Assembly: GCA_043814055.1 (NCBI GenBank)
Contig: JBDRKL010000010.1
Coordinates: 20,685-84,684 of the forward strand
Direction: 5' to 3'
From: an archaeon
Lineage (GTDB): Archaea > Undinarchaeota > Undinarchaeia > Undinarchaeales > JBDRKL01
Length of the DNA: 64,000 nucleotides
Made by a program: the position numbers and the translations under genes. The notes beneath the pieces are model-generated. The model was not told the DNA's origin. It saw only the letters and a list, made by a program, of their open reading frames with translations, and ran no database searches. The first letter of the stretch is position 1; each line of letters begins with the position of its first letter. Positions 8,490-16,841 of this stretch are shown here, one piece after another.

Positions 8490-9911
8490 TTATCCTCTCG
8501 GTATCGGTATGAATGATATCATGTACAGGCGATCCATCTCATGCGTGAGGTGCTGTTCATTGAGCATTTTCATGAAAGCTGAGCCGCCTGTGAATGCAAG
8601 TATCAGGTCAAACTCCTTACTTTTTATTATCTTCTTTACCTGCTCTGCAGTGTTCTCACCTGGCCAGAGCAGCTGGTTGACCGCATCGCCGTGCATGTAA
8701 AATATGGTCTTTCTAGTTAATTGTGCTTTACTTGTGTCCACGGCGTAGTAGAGTTTTGCCCGCATTCTCCTGAGTATTCCCTCTTCCCGGCTCACTGCGT
8801 GGCCTGGTGCTATCTTTGGCAGTTTCCTTAGCTTTTCAGTTGCAGCATAGGTCTGGTCCAGAATGTCCCTGCCAGTCATAACCCTGCCCTTAATTCCTTC
8901 CACAGTTATTTCTTCGCCTGTGCTGTTAAGCATTTCTGAAAAAGGCGAGTCCTTTGACACCACGTACCAAATCATTGGATAATCCGCTCCGCAGTATTTG
9001 ATAAGCTGTGGTATCATCTGAATATCAGTGTCTATCTGGCTTTCCTGCTTGTAGGTCTTGATTTCAATTGCTGCAGCTAACTTCCTGTCCGGCGCTGACA
9101 TATATAGGTCTGGGAAAAGGAATGTTGAGCCATTGCTGTCCTTTAGCTGTTCGCCCTCGTGAAGCATAATGTCCGGATTTACTGATTTCATGTATTTCCG
9201 AAGTATCTGCTTGTGAATTGCTTCGTTCTGGAGTGCTATGCCATTCTGGTAAATACCAAGCTCTAAGGTGGTCGCGTCGCCCAGGGCAGCCACGAGCATG
9301 TCATCAAACGTGACTTTAGTTCCTGTCTTCCGCCTCTTCATGCTTGTTGTCGGGTAGCCGAAAAAATTCTTTACAAAAGTCGGTTCCATTGTGAAGCCGT
9401 GAAGGCTCGCGAAGCGCAGGTAGTTTATGACCGCTGCGTGAGAATACTTCTCAAAGCTATCCAAGCCGGCCATTTTAAGCCTGCTGTGCGGGGTGTGCTT
9501 GTCTATCTGTCGCGCAGAAGTGAAATATAGCTCATCTCTTTTATACACCTGCAGTGCATCCTCAAACTCTGCAGAATTATTCTCAAATATTTTTTTAGTC
9601 TGTTTGCTTAGGTACTGGAGGCTGTATTCTTTAAACCATTCTAGATTGTAATACTTCTTGTCTTCTTTTATAAAATTCTCCACGCAAAGCATTCTGGGGC
9701 AGCAGCGTATAACATTTTTGCCATGTTTTAACAGGGTTTTTTCAATCTCCTGGGCTGCCTTTCTTTTCTTTCCGCGGAGCGGCTTACCGTCATAAGGGAT
9801 TCCAAGAAGCTCTCGCGCGGTCATAGCATTGTGCTGTAGCTGCTCATAAATTGGATTGGTGAGGTCGCTCAAATCACCAAGGTCTTCAATCTTTATTACA
9901 GGCTCTTCCAT
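8490..9911 (-). CDS. hypothetical protein with a putative PD-(D/E)xK nuclease core
   Basis: 473 aa. FPDLYMSAPDRKLAAAIEIKTYK fits a PD...(D/E)xK pattern (D, then E-I-K). No partner methyltransferase is nearby. Its stop lies 5 nt from the tRNA-Ser 5' end. Confidence 0.5.
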   Translation of the reverse strand: MEEPVIKIEDLGDLSDLTNPIYEQLQHNAMTARELLGIPYDGKPLRGKKRKAAQEIEKTLLKHGKNVIRCCPRMLCVENFIKEDKKYYNLEWFKEYSLQYLSKQTKKIFENNSAEFEDALQVYKRDELYFTSARQIDKHTPHSRLKMAGLDSFEKYSHAAVINYLRFASLHGFTMEPTFVKNFFGYPTTSMKRRKTGTKVTFDDMLVAALGDATTLELGIYQNGIALQNEAIHKQILRKYMKSVNPDIMLHEGEQLKDSNGSTFLFPDLYMSAPDRKLAAAIEIKTYKQESQIDTDIQMIPQLIKYCGADYPMIWYVVSKDSPFSEMLNSTGEEITVEGIKGRVMTGRDILDQTYAATEKLRKLPKIAPGHAVSREEGILRRMRAKLYYAVDTSKAQLTRKTIFYMHGDAVNQLLWPGENTAEQVKKIIKSKEFDLILAFTGGSAFMKMLNEQHLTHEMDRLYMISFIPIPRG

Positions 9912-9984
9912 AAATTTTCTATTGTTCTGTGGAGTAATAAACTCTTTGGAAACCCTTATATTCCTCCCTGCTATATCCTATATT

Positions 9985-10884
9985 ATGGATATCACTTTCC
10001 TTGGAACAACCGCAGGCAAGCCCACAAAGGACAGGGCGCACTCAGCCATAGCGCTCAAGCACAAGGGGGAAGTCCTGTTGTTTGACTGTGGGGAGAACAC
10101 GCAAAGGCAGCTGATGTTCGCAGGGATTTCTCCAATGAAGATAAACAAGGTATTCATTAACCACTGGCACGCGGACCATTTCGCAGGGCTCATTGGTTTT
10201 CTGCAGACAATGTCGCTCCAGGAGCGAACTGCAGAGCTTCACATTTACGGACCAAAGGGCACAAAGAAATTTGTCGGGATGATTGAGAAGCTCGGTTACT
10301 CGCGGGTGAATTATCCAATACGAGTAAAGGATATCTCTGGCGCGGAAATTGTGGCTGTTGAGCCAGGCTACACAGTATATTCATGCCCAACTGTCCACAG
10401 CGTTCCAACAATCGCCTACAAATTTGAGGAGAATGAGACAGCAGGTCATCTGAATGTTGAAAAAGCTAAAGCGCTCGGTGTGAATGAACTGCAGTTCAGG
10501 GAGCTGAAGAAAGGCAAGGCAGTTAAAACACAAAGCGGCAAGGTAAAGCCTGACCAAGTGCTTGGGCCAGAACAGACTGGAAAAAGCATAGTTTACTCAG
10601 GTGACACCGCGCCCTGCGACGGCTTGATTGAGTTCTCAAAGAACGCGGATTTGCTTATTCACGAGGCGACCTACACAGACGAGCTCAAGGACAAGGCTGA
10701 GAATAGGGAGCACAGCACAGCGCGACAGGCTGCGGAGATTGCGAAGAAAGCGAATGTCAAGCGATTAATTCTCACCCACATCAGTGGCAGGTACAAGGAA
10801 ACCACACAGCTCTTGAAAGAGGCGAGGGGCGTTTTCGAGAACACTGAGGTCGCTGAGGACTTGATGAAGATTGAGTTAAAGTAA
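9985..10884 (+). CDS. rnz: ribonuclease Z (tRNA 3' endonuclease)
   Basis: 299 aa from ATG 9985 (MDITFLGTTAGKPT). HxHxDH motif NHWHADHFAGL. C-terminal THISGRY block. The upstream ORF extension from 9856 is rejected. Confidence 0.85.
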   Translation: MDITFLGTTAGKPTKDRAHSAIALKHKGEVLLFDCGENTQRQLMFAGISPMKINKVFINHWHADHFAGLIGFLQTMSLQERTAELHIYGPKGTKKFVGMIEKLGYSRVNYPIRVKDISGAEIVAVEPGYTVYSCPTVHSVPTIAYKFEENETAGHLNVEKAKALGVNELQFRELKKGKAVKTQSGKVKPDQVLGPEQTGKSIVYSGDTAPCDGLIEFSKNADLLIHEATYTDELKDKAENREHSTARQAAEIAKKANVKRLILTHISGRYKETTQLLKEARGVFENTEVAEDLMKIELK

Positions 10885-10949
10885 CGGTTTTTTTTCCTGT
10901 GTTTTCCCTTTTGTGAACTGTTTTATACTTGTTTGTGCATTGTTTGTGT

Positions 10950-12071
10950 ATGGAGAAGAGGCCTGTTGTTGAGCCGGGTGAGCTGATTAGGGCGCCGGCG
11001 CTGACCGAGGACGAGTTGCTTTCTTTTAGGGAGACTTGGGAACGCCGAGAGAGGAAGCCGAAGGTGAAGGGCATTGAGCGCTACAAGACTATAGAAGGAA
11101 TGCTCGGTCTGAAGAAATCTTACATCAAGGTAATGCTGCAGATGCTCGAGGGGGACTTCCCGGACATAAGAAGCATGGAGCCTGAGAAAAAAGCAAAGGC
11201 ACTGCTGAATTTCTTAAAGCCGACTGAAATCATAAAAGGCGAGCTGACCGAAGAAAAATGGCAAGAATATGCGAAACAGCACGGCACTTGGATACTCAAA
11301 AAGCCCGTGGGCCACCTTGACAACCACCCCACACTCCTCGCGCTGCTCAGGACCGGCTGGGGCAACTGCATGGCACGCGCCCTATTCTTTAGGGTGCTCG
11401 CGCGGCACATAGGCCTTGACGACAAGACGCAAGGCACCAGATGCAGGGTTGCACTGATGCCAGAACACGCAGTAGTTTTCCTAACCATAAATGAGAAGAA
11501 AGTCCTCGCAGACCCGACGCACGGCGTGCTTGGCAAAGAGCCAGCCCATATGTATTACCCCCTGAAAGAGATGTACGACGAGGCCTTTGAAGTTGAGGAT
11601 GTTTACGCGGTTTATTGGCTGAAGGCGAGCCTTGCAGAAAAGCCAAAGATTGGCGTGAAGTACTACACCCTGTTCCACAAAAAATATCCAGACTATGCCG
11701 AGTGCCTGAACAACAGAGGCATCCTGTACAAGACTATAGGTGAGCTTGGCAAAGCACTCAACGACTACAACAAAGCCCTCCAATTAAAACCAAACGATGC
11801 CGAGTGCCTGAACAACAGAGGCAACCTGTACAAGACTATAGGTGAGCTTGGCAAAGCACTCAACGACTACAACAAATCCCTCCAATTAAAACCAGACTAT
11901 GCCGAGTGCCTGAACAACAGAGGCATCCTGTACAAGACTATAGGTGAGCTTGGCAAAGCACTTGCTGACTTGAAAAAGGCATTAGCCCTTTTCAAGGCGC
12001 GCGGGCAAGAGCAATATGCAGAAATCGCTGAACTAAACATTATGGGTGTAAAATCTAAAATGAAACAATGA
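10950..12071 (+). CDS. transglutaminase-like cysteine protease domain fused to TPR repeats
   Basis: GWGNCMARALFF (Cys), PEHAVVF (His) and LADPTHG (Asp) resemble a transglutaminase-core triad. The C-terminus carries three near-identical 34-aa TPR units. Start set at ATG 10950; the track ORF starts at TTG 10929. Confidence 0.6.
   Translation: MEKRPVVEPGELIRAPALTEDELLSFRETWERRERKPKVKGIERYKTIEGMLGLKKSYIKVMLQMLEGDFPDIRSMEPEKKAKALLNFLKPTEIIKGELTEEKWQEYAKQHGTWILKKPVGHLDNHPTLLALLRTGWGNCMARALFFRVLARHIGLDDKTQGTRCRVALMPEHAVVFLTINEKKVLADPTHGVLGKEPAHMYYPLKEMYDEAFEVEDVYAVYWLKASLAEKPKIGVKYYTLFHKKYPDYAECLNNRGILYKTIGELGKALNDYNKALQLKPNDAECLNNRGNLYKTIGELGKALNDYNKSLQLKPDYAECLNNRGILYKTIGELGKALADLKKALALFKARGQEQYAEIAELNIMGVKSKMKQ
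11691..11962 (+). repeat. 102-bp tandem repeat, about 2.7 copies (encodes TPR units)
   Basis: Units start at 11691, 11793 and 11895 (GAC/AAC-TAT/GAT-GCCGAGTGCCTGAACAACAGAGGC...). They are nearly identical at nucleotide level. Confidence 0.9.
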
Positions 12072-12973
12072 ATTCTGAACTAAAAGACCTTTTAACTTCT
12101 CAACAATACCGCGTTGTTGGCAACCACGCGGCTGTTAAAATTTGTCACTGGACAAAGGAGTCCCTGCGGAACAAAGGCTTTTGCTATAAACAGCAATTCT
12201 ACGGAGTTGACTCGCACCGATGCCTGCAGATGACTCCTTGTGCGGACGTGTGCAACCAGCGTTGTGTTTACTGCTGGCGACCTATGGAGGGTTCGCTGAA
12301 TTCTTTTCCAACTGCAGAAATTGACGAGCCTGATGAAATGATTGACAGGCTAATTGAACAGCAGCGCGCTCTTATTATGGGTTTCAAAGGTCATAGTGAA
12401 ATCGATATGAAAAAATTTGAGGAAGCGCTCGAGCCAAAGCACGCTGCAATCTCGCTCTCGGGTGAGCCAACCTTATATCCAAAGCTCGGCGGGCTCATTG
12501 AGTCTTTCCACAAGCGAGGATTGACAACTTTTCTGGTTACTAATGGCACTCGGCCCGATGTGCTTGAATCCATCCCGGAGCCAACCCAGCTCTACATTTC
12601 GCTTGACGCGCCAAATGAAGAAATGTACAAGAAAATCGATAATCCTCAAATTTCAGAAGGCTGGAAAGCAATACAGAAATCCCTTGAAATGCTCAAATCT
12701 TTCTCTTGCAGGACTGTAATTAGGCTCACATTAATGAGGCGGAATATGGTGCAGGCTTCTGATTTTGGCAAGCTCTTGGATGCTGTGGATCCGACTTGTA
12801 TCGAAGCCAAGGCGTATATGCACGTTGGCGCATCACAGGATCGCCTGCCTCACTCTGAAATGCCGCTCCACAGCGAAATAAAAGCCTTTTCAGAAGAGCT
12901 AAAAAACAATACAGGATTTAAGATTTTGGATGAGAAACCAGAATCTAGAGTGGTATTGCTAGGGAAGCGCTGA
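12068..12973 (+). CDS. taw1: tRNA 4-demethylwyosine synthase (radical SAM, Taw1/Tyw1 family)
   Basis: 301 aa. HAAVKICHWTKESL...CYKQQFYGVDSHRCLQMTP and the radical-SAM cluster CNQRCVYCWRP match the archaeal Taw1 pattern. Confidence 0.8.
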   Translation: MNSELKDLLTSQQYRVVGNHAAVKICHWTKESLRNKGFCYKQQFYGVDSHRCLQMTPCADVCNQRCVYCWRPMEGSLNSFPTAEIDEPDEMIDRLIEQQRALIMGFKGHSEIDMKKFEEALEPKHAAISLSGEPTLYPKLGGLIESFHKRGLTTFLVTNGTRPDVLESIPEPTQLYISLDAPNEEMYKKIDNPQISEGWKAIQKSLEMLKSFSCRTVIRLTLMRRNMVQASDFGKLLDAVDPTCIEAKAYMHVGASQDRLPHSEMPLHSEIKAFSEELKNNTGFKILDEKPESRVVLLGKR

Positions 12974-12984
12974 ACCTCGTATTG

Positions 12985-12992
12985 TTTTTTTT
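12985..12992 (+). terminator. oligo-T tract downstream of taw1
   Basis: T8 run 12 nt after the taw1 stop. Archaeal terminators are typically oligo-T. Confidence 0.4.
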
Positions 12993-13013
12993 GTCACTGC
13001 CGGAGCGTAACAA

Positions 13014-13025
13014 CTTATTTAAACC
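13014..13025 (+). promoter_or_regulatory. TATA-like box upstream of the ATPase operon
   Basis: CTTATTTAAACC about 50 nt upstream of ATG 13076, with an SD-like GAGGTG at 13062-13067. Confidence 0.35.
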
Positions 13026-13075
13026 CTTATCCTAACTTAATGCAGAAAACAATACAAAATTGAGGTGGTTTAAGA

Positions 13076-14245
13076 ATGCAGGAAAATCCTTTTTCAGATT
13101 CAGTGCCAACGCACTTTGCCATAGCGGCAACTGTCTACACAAAGCCGCTCACCGAGCTTTCAGACACGACTAAATCAAACAAGTCCAAGCTCATACTTGT
13201 TACAGGCGGATACGGCAACGGCAAATCCCACGCGCTTGAGCGGCTCAAGAACGACTTGAACATTAACGAGAAGAAAAAGCTCGCAATATACTGCTCAGCT
13301 TTCGCGACCAAGAGTTTGCAGACAATTTACGAGCAGGTATGCTCTGAGCTTTCAAGCGGAAAGCTGAATAAGTTCGCTTACACCACGGACGGACGCGCGT
13401 TTATGACTAACAAGGGCATTCCATCCAAGATTATAGACATATTCTACAACAAGGAGGCAATCCGACCTGCCGAGGATATCAAGGCAAACTTCACCTACGG
13501 CAAGATTGTCGCGTCATCCTCTGATGTTATTCATTTTTTCTGCGCTCTCTCTTTGCTCGTGGACCAGTTCGTGCTGCTCATGGACGACATAGAGGAAGCG
13601 ACTACGATGGAGCAGAACGAGCGCAAGATGTTCTTCGGGCACATCCGCGCCCTCTACGACGAGGCAGTTAGAAAGGAACTGAGCATGATAGTTGTGATGA
13701 CACTCACGCTTGACAAGCTTGAGCTGCTCAAGAATGACCGAATGGACCTCTACGAGCGAATGGACAAGGTAATTAAGTTTGACAAGCTCTCCCCTAAGGA
13801 ATTTGAAAATATTATTGAGAAGCGGCTTGAGATAAGCGCGCTTGATGACATCAAGGTTGACAAAAGCGTAATAAAACAAATTTGGGGCTATTCTGACAAC
13901 ATCCGCGGAATGCTGAACATACTCCGCGACCTTCTTGAAGAGGTCTACAACAAGGGTGAGAAGAAAATCACTACAGTTGTGCTTCCTGAAAAAACCGTGT
14001 CTCAGCTCATAGAGTCACAGAAGATACGGGACAGCTACAAGCCTGCTGATGATTTAATCCTCAACATTCTTGAATCTGAGGATGGCCTCTCTGCAGAGGC
14101 AATCATAGAGCGCTCAAAGAAGAGCGGCTCCTGGATACGGCACCGCCTCGCAGATTTGGTTAATGATGGCGTGCTGCTCAAGGAGCAGGTCGCTAGGAAC
14201 AGACCTGCAAAATACATACTAAGCAAGGTGGAGAAGAAACAATGA
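13076..14245 (+). CDS. P-loop NTPase with C-terminal winged-helix domain
   Basis: 389 aa. Walker A is LVTGGYGNGKSHAL and Walker B is FVLLMDDIEE. The C-terminal LSAEAIIERSKKSGSWIRHRLADLVNDGVLLKE looks like a wHTH. The layout resembles Orc1/Cdc6 or archaeal-ATPase proteins. Confidence 0.65.
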   Translation: MQENPFSDSVPTHFAIAATVYTKPLTELSDTTKSNKSKLILVTGGYGNGKSHALERLKNDLNINEKKKLAIYCSAFATKSLQTIYEQVCSELSSGKLNKFAYTTDGRAFMTNKGIPSKIIDIFYNKEAIRPAEDIKANFTYGKIVASSSDVIHFFCALSLLVDQFVLLMDDIEEATTMEQNERKMFFGHIRALYDEAVRKELSMIVVMTLTLDKLELLKNDRMDLYERMDKVIKFDKLSPKEFENIIEKRLEISALDDIKVDKSVIKQIWGYSDNIRGMLNILRDLLEEVYNKGEKKITTVVLPEKTVSQLIESQKIRDSYKPADDLILNILESEDGLSAEAIIERSKKSGSWIRHRLADLVNDGVLLKEQVARNRPAKYILSKVEKKQ

Positions 14246-14382
14246 GACGCAAAGCAGAGCTTCGCGTTAATTCCAAAGCTGATGAAATAGGAGAAACTTT
14301 GAAATCATACACAAAATCCCTAGAAATTGATGAGCTTTGTGTTGATTCCAAAGCTGATGAAATAGGAGAAACTTTGAAATGA
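14242..14382 (+). repeat. intercistronic element, copy A (between the ATPase and Zn-ribbon genes); contains a 46-codon mini-ORF and a 36-nt direct repeat
   Basis: The ATG at 14242 overlaps the upstream TGA (ATGA). The TGA at 14380-14382 overlaps the downstream ATG at 14379. A perfect 36-mer ATTCCAAAGCTGATGAAATAGGAGAAACTTTGAAAT occurs at 14270-14305 and 14345-14380. Homologous to 5704-5832(-). Confidence 0.7.
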
Positions 14383-15065
14383 GAGCAACGATTACCCTGA
14401 ATAAAAAACCAATGACTGAGAAGACCTACTGCAACCTGGTGAATGCATTCACCTCGGAAGGCTACACGCCAATTATTGACCCGCGCCAGTTTGACTCGCC
14501 AATTTCAATCAAGGCGAGGTTCAAGGCAAAGGAAGAAAAAGTGCGGTTCATAGAGTTCTCGCCGCAGATGGAGCTGAGCATAGAGCACGAGCTCACCAAG
14601 TCCAAGGCGGAGAAGCAGCTTGACGCGCTGAGCACAAAACTGGAGGAGCTTATGGTGGTTGGGGATGCAAAAGTTGAGGACTATGAGTTGGCTACTTTGC
14701 AGATGATATCCCAGCATAACATGCTCCAGAAGAACCCAGTGGTGTTTCCTGCAAACGAGGCCGAGGCAAAGCTCTTTGAGGGGCTTGAGCAGAAGAAAAT
14801 ATTTTCCAAGGCATTCGCGATAAAGTGCCCAAAATGCAATCGCGCGTTTATGGTTCCGCACAACAAGATAAAGCTTGAATCCGATAAGATGTTCTGCGTT
14901 GGCTGCGAGGCGTGGGTTTCTATACAGAATGAAACGCTTGCGTACATAGTCAACGAGGAATATATGGCAGTCATAGACACGGTCTGGGACAAAGTTCAGA
15001 AGCTAATTCGGGCGAGCTGGCGCGAAGTCATCAAGCGCGGAATACCAATAATAAAAGTGGAGTAG
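14379..15065 (+). CDS. hypothetical protein with a C-terminal zinc ribbon
   Basis: 228 aa with CPKCNRAF...(17 aa)...CVGCEAW. Translationally linked on both sides, with 1 nt before the purN ATG. Confidence 0.55.
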   Translation: MRATITLNKKPMTEKTYCNLVNAFTSEGYTPIIDPRQFDSPISIKARFKAKEEKVRFIEFSPQMELSIEHELTKSKAEKQLDALSTKLEELMVVGDAKVEDYELATLQMISQHNMLQKNPVVFPANEAEAKLFEGLEQKKIFSKAFAIKCPKCNRAFMVPHNKIKLESDKMFCVGCEAWVSIQNETLAYIVNEEYMAVIDTVWDKVQKLIRASWREVIKRGIPIIKVE

Positions 15066-15066
15066 A

Positions 15067-15675
15067 ATGAAAATAGGAGTTTTGGCATCAACACGCGGCA
15101 CTGACTTGCAGGCGATTATAGACGAGATTGAGGCAGGCAGTCTGGACGCTGAAATTTCCTGCGTGATAAGCAACAAGGAAAGTGCAGGAGCGCTGGACAA
15201 GGCGAGAGCGCACAGCATTGACGCAATTTTCATTGACCCTGATGACAAGAGCCGCGAGGAATTTGACGAGGAAATCGCAGCAGAGCTTGGCAAGCGCGGG
15301 GTTGAGCTGGTTTTGCTCATCGGTTACATGCGAATTCTTTCGCCTAGTTTTGTGCGCAAGTACGAGAACCGGATAATGAACGCGCATCCTTCGCTATTGC
15401 CGGCGTTTGCGGGCGGCATGGATACTAATGTGCACAGGGAAGTGCTTGAGTCCGGGGTTAAGGAGACTGGCTGCACGATTCATTTTGTAACTGAGGATGT
15501 TGACTCAGGACCGATAATACTCCAGAAAAAAGTTCTTGTTGAGAAGAACGACACTGAAGAAACACTCAAGGCGAAGGTTCAGGAACAGGAAAAAATCGCG
15601 TTCATAGAAGCGATTAATTTGTTTAAGGATGGGAAATTAAAAATTGAAGGCAGTACTGTTACTATACTAAAATGA
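15067..15675 (+). CDS. purN: phosphoribosylglycinamide formyltransferase
   Basis: 202 aa. MKIGVLASTRGTDLQAIID start and NAHPSLLPAFAG catalytic block. Confidence 0.85.
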   Translation: MKIGVLASTRGTDLQAIIDEIEAGSLDAEISCVISNKESAGALDKARAHSIDAIFIDPDDKSREEFDEEIAAELGKRGVELVLLIGYMRILSPSFVRKYENRIMNAHPSLLPAFAGGMDTNVHREVLESGVKETGCTIHFVTEDVDSGPIILQKKVLVEKNDTEETLKAKVQEQEKIAFIEAINLFKDGKLKIEGSTVTILK

Positions 15676-16841
15676 ATTCGGAAGAAGCAACAAATTACTT
15701 GCAGGACCTGCAGAAACATGGTATTCATCTGGGTCTTGACATAATTGAAGAGATTCTGAACGCTCTGGGCAATCCGCAGAATGATTACAAAACAGTCCAT
15801 ATTGCAGGTACTAATGGCAAAGGGTCTGTAGTGGCTATGGTTTCTGAGGCATTAAAGCTTTCAGGTTTTAAAACAGCGATATATACCTCGCCGCATCTCA
15901 TTAGTATCCAGGAGCGGTTCTTGATTAATGGTGAGCTTATATCACAAGAGAGGTTTTCTGAATTAGTTGGGCAGGTCAGGGAAGTTGTGGAATCTCTTGG
16001 CATAAAACCAACGTTCTTTGAATTTGTCACTGCAAGTGCGTTCAAGTACTTCTCAGACGAGAAAGTTGATTATGCAGTTTTTGAGACCGGCATGGGTGGA
16101 CGCCTGGATGCAACAAACATGATAACTCCTGAAATTTCAGTCATTACCAATATTGACCTTGAGCACACAAAGCACCTCGGCGATACAGTGGAAAAAATCG
16201 CTGAGGAGAAAGCAGGCATAATAAAACGCAGAGTTCCTGTTGTGACAGGTGCAATGCACGGAGCTCTTGAGTTCATAAGGCGGAAAGCTGTGGATATGGA
16301 GGCGCCACTTCACATAATTCATAAACCTTACACAGGAGAAGTTGGCCTAAATGGGGAGTTCCAAAAAGTAAACGCTGCAATTGCAGCAGAAGCACTCAGA
16401 GTTTTAGGTTTAAAGCCGGACATAATCTCAAAAGCAATCAAAACTGCAAAGTGGCCTGGTAGGATGCAGTTTGAGGGCAATATCCTGCTGGACGGCTCGC
16501 ACAACCCTGCTGGGTTCAAGGTTCTGATTGATGAGCTTAAGAAGCTGGACAAGCGATTCATATTCGTGACCGGCCTGAGCGAGGGCAAGGATTATGCCGC
16601 TATTTTCAAGCTCATAAACCCGATCGCGAATAAAATCATACTCACAAAGACCAAGGTTTCTCGGGCGGTTGACCCAAGCGAGTACTCAGAGCATGCGAAA
16701 GATCCGATTATAACAAGGAATGTTCCAGTTGCGCTTAAAAAAGCACAGGGGCTTGCCAAGGAAGGCGATTTAATTGTGGTAACCGGTGTTTTCACAGTCG
16801 GAGAAGCAATGGAATACCTGGGCATAACCCCGAGCTTTTAA
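15672..16841 (+). CDS. folC: folylpolyglutamate synthase/dihydrofolate synthase
   Basis: 389 aa. Mur-ligase P-loop HIAGTNGKGSV. ATGA overlap with purN. Confidence 0.8.
   Translation: MNSEEATNYLQDLQKHGIHLGLDIIEEILNALGNPQNDYKTVHIAGTNGKGSVVAMVSEALKLSGFKTAIYTSPHLISIQERFLINGELISQERFSELVGQVREVVESLGIKPTFFEFVTASAFKYFSDEKVDYAVFETGMGGRLDATNMITPEISVITNIDLEHTKHLGDTVEKIAEEKAGIIKRRVPVVTGAMHGALEFIRRKAVDMEAPLHIIHKPYTGEVGLNGEFQKVNAAIAAEALRVLGLKPDIISKAIKTAKWPGRMQFEGNILLDGSHNPAGFKVLIDELKKLDKRFIFVTGLSEGKDYAAIFKLINPIANKIILTKTKVSRAVDPSEYSEHAKDPIITRNVPVALKKAQGLAKEGDLIVVTGVFTVGEAMEYLGITPSF

Noticed and set aside
8234-9911. An intact integrated mobile element at tRNA-Ser.
   Set aside because: No integrase, transposase or viral genes were recognised, and the direct repeats are only 89 nt apart. 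At most this is a scar.
9856-9984. N-terminal extensions of track ORFs: RNase Z from 9856, the 225-aa protein from 32214, the asparaginase-like protein from 49874, folD from 19917, por-operon protein X from 7441, and the TPR protein from TTG 10929.
   Set aside because: The extensions overlap neighbouring genes or intergenic promoters. They also encode hydrophobic or low-complexity junk ahead of a clean family-typical N-terminus that begins at an internal ATG.
14270-14380. The 36-nt perfect direct repeat considered as a mini-CRISPR array.
   Set aside because: There are only two copies with a 39-nt spacer and no cas genes. The repeat is part of the intercistronic cassette that is homologous to 5704-5832.
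14274-14382. C/D-box sRNA interpretation of the UGAUGA motifs in the cassette.
   Set aside because: Three UGAUGA boxes are present, but no CUGA D or D' boxes lie at the required ~12-nt guide spacing. Only a weaker k-turn-like possibility is retained, as speculation.
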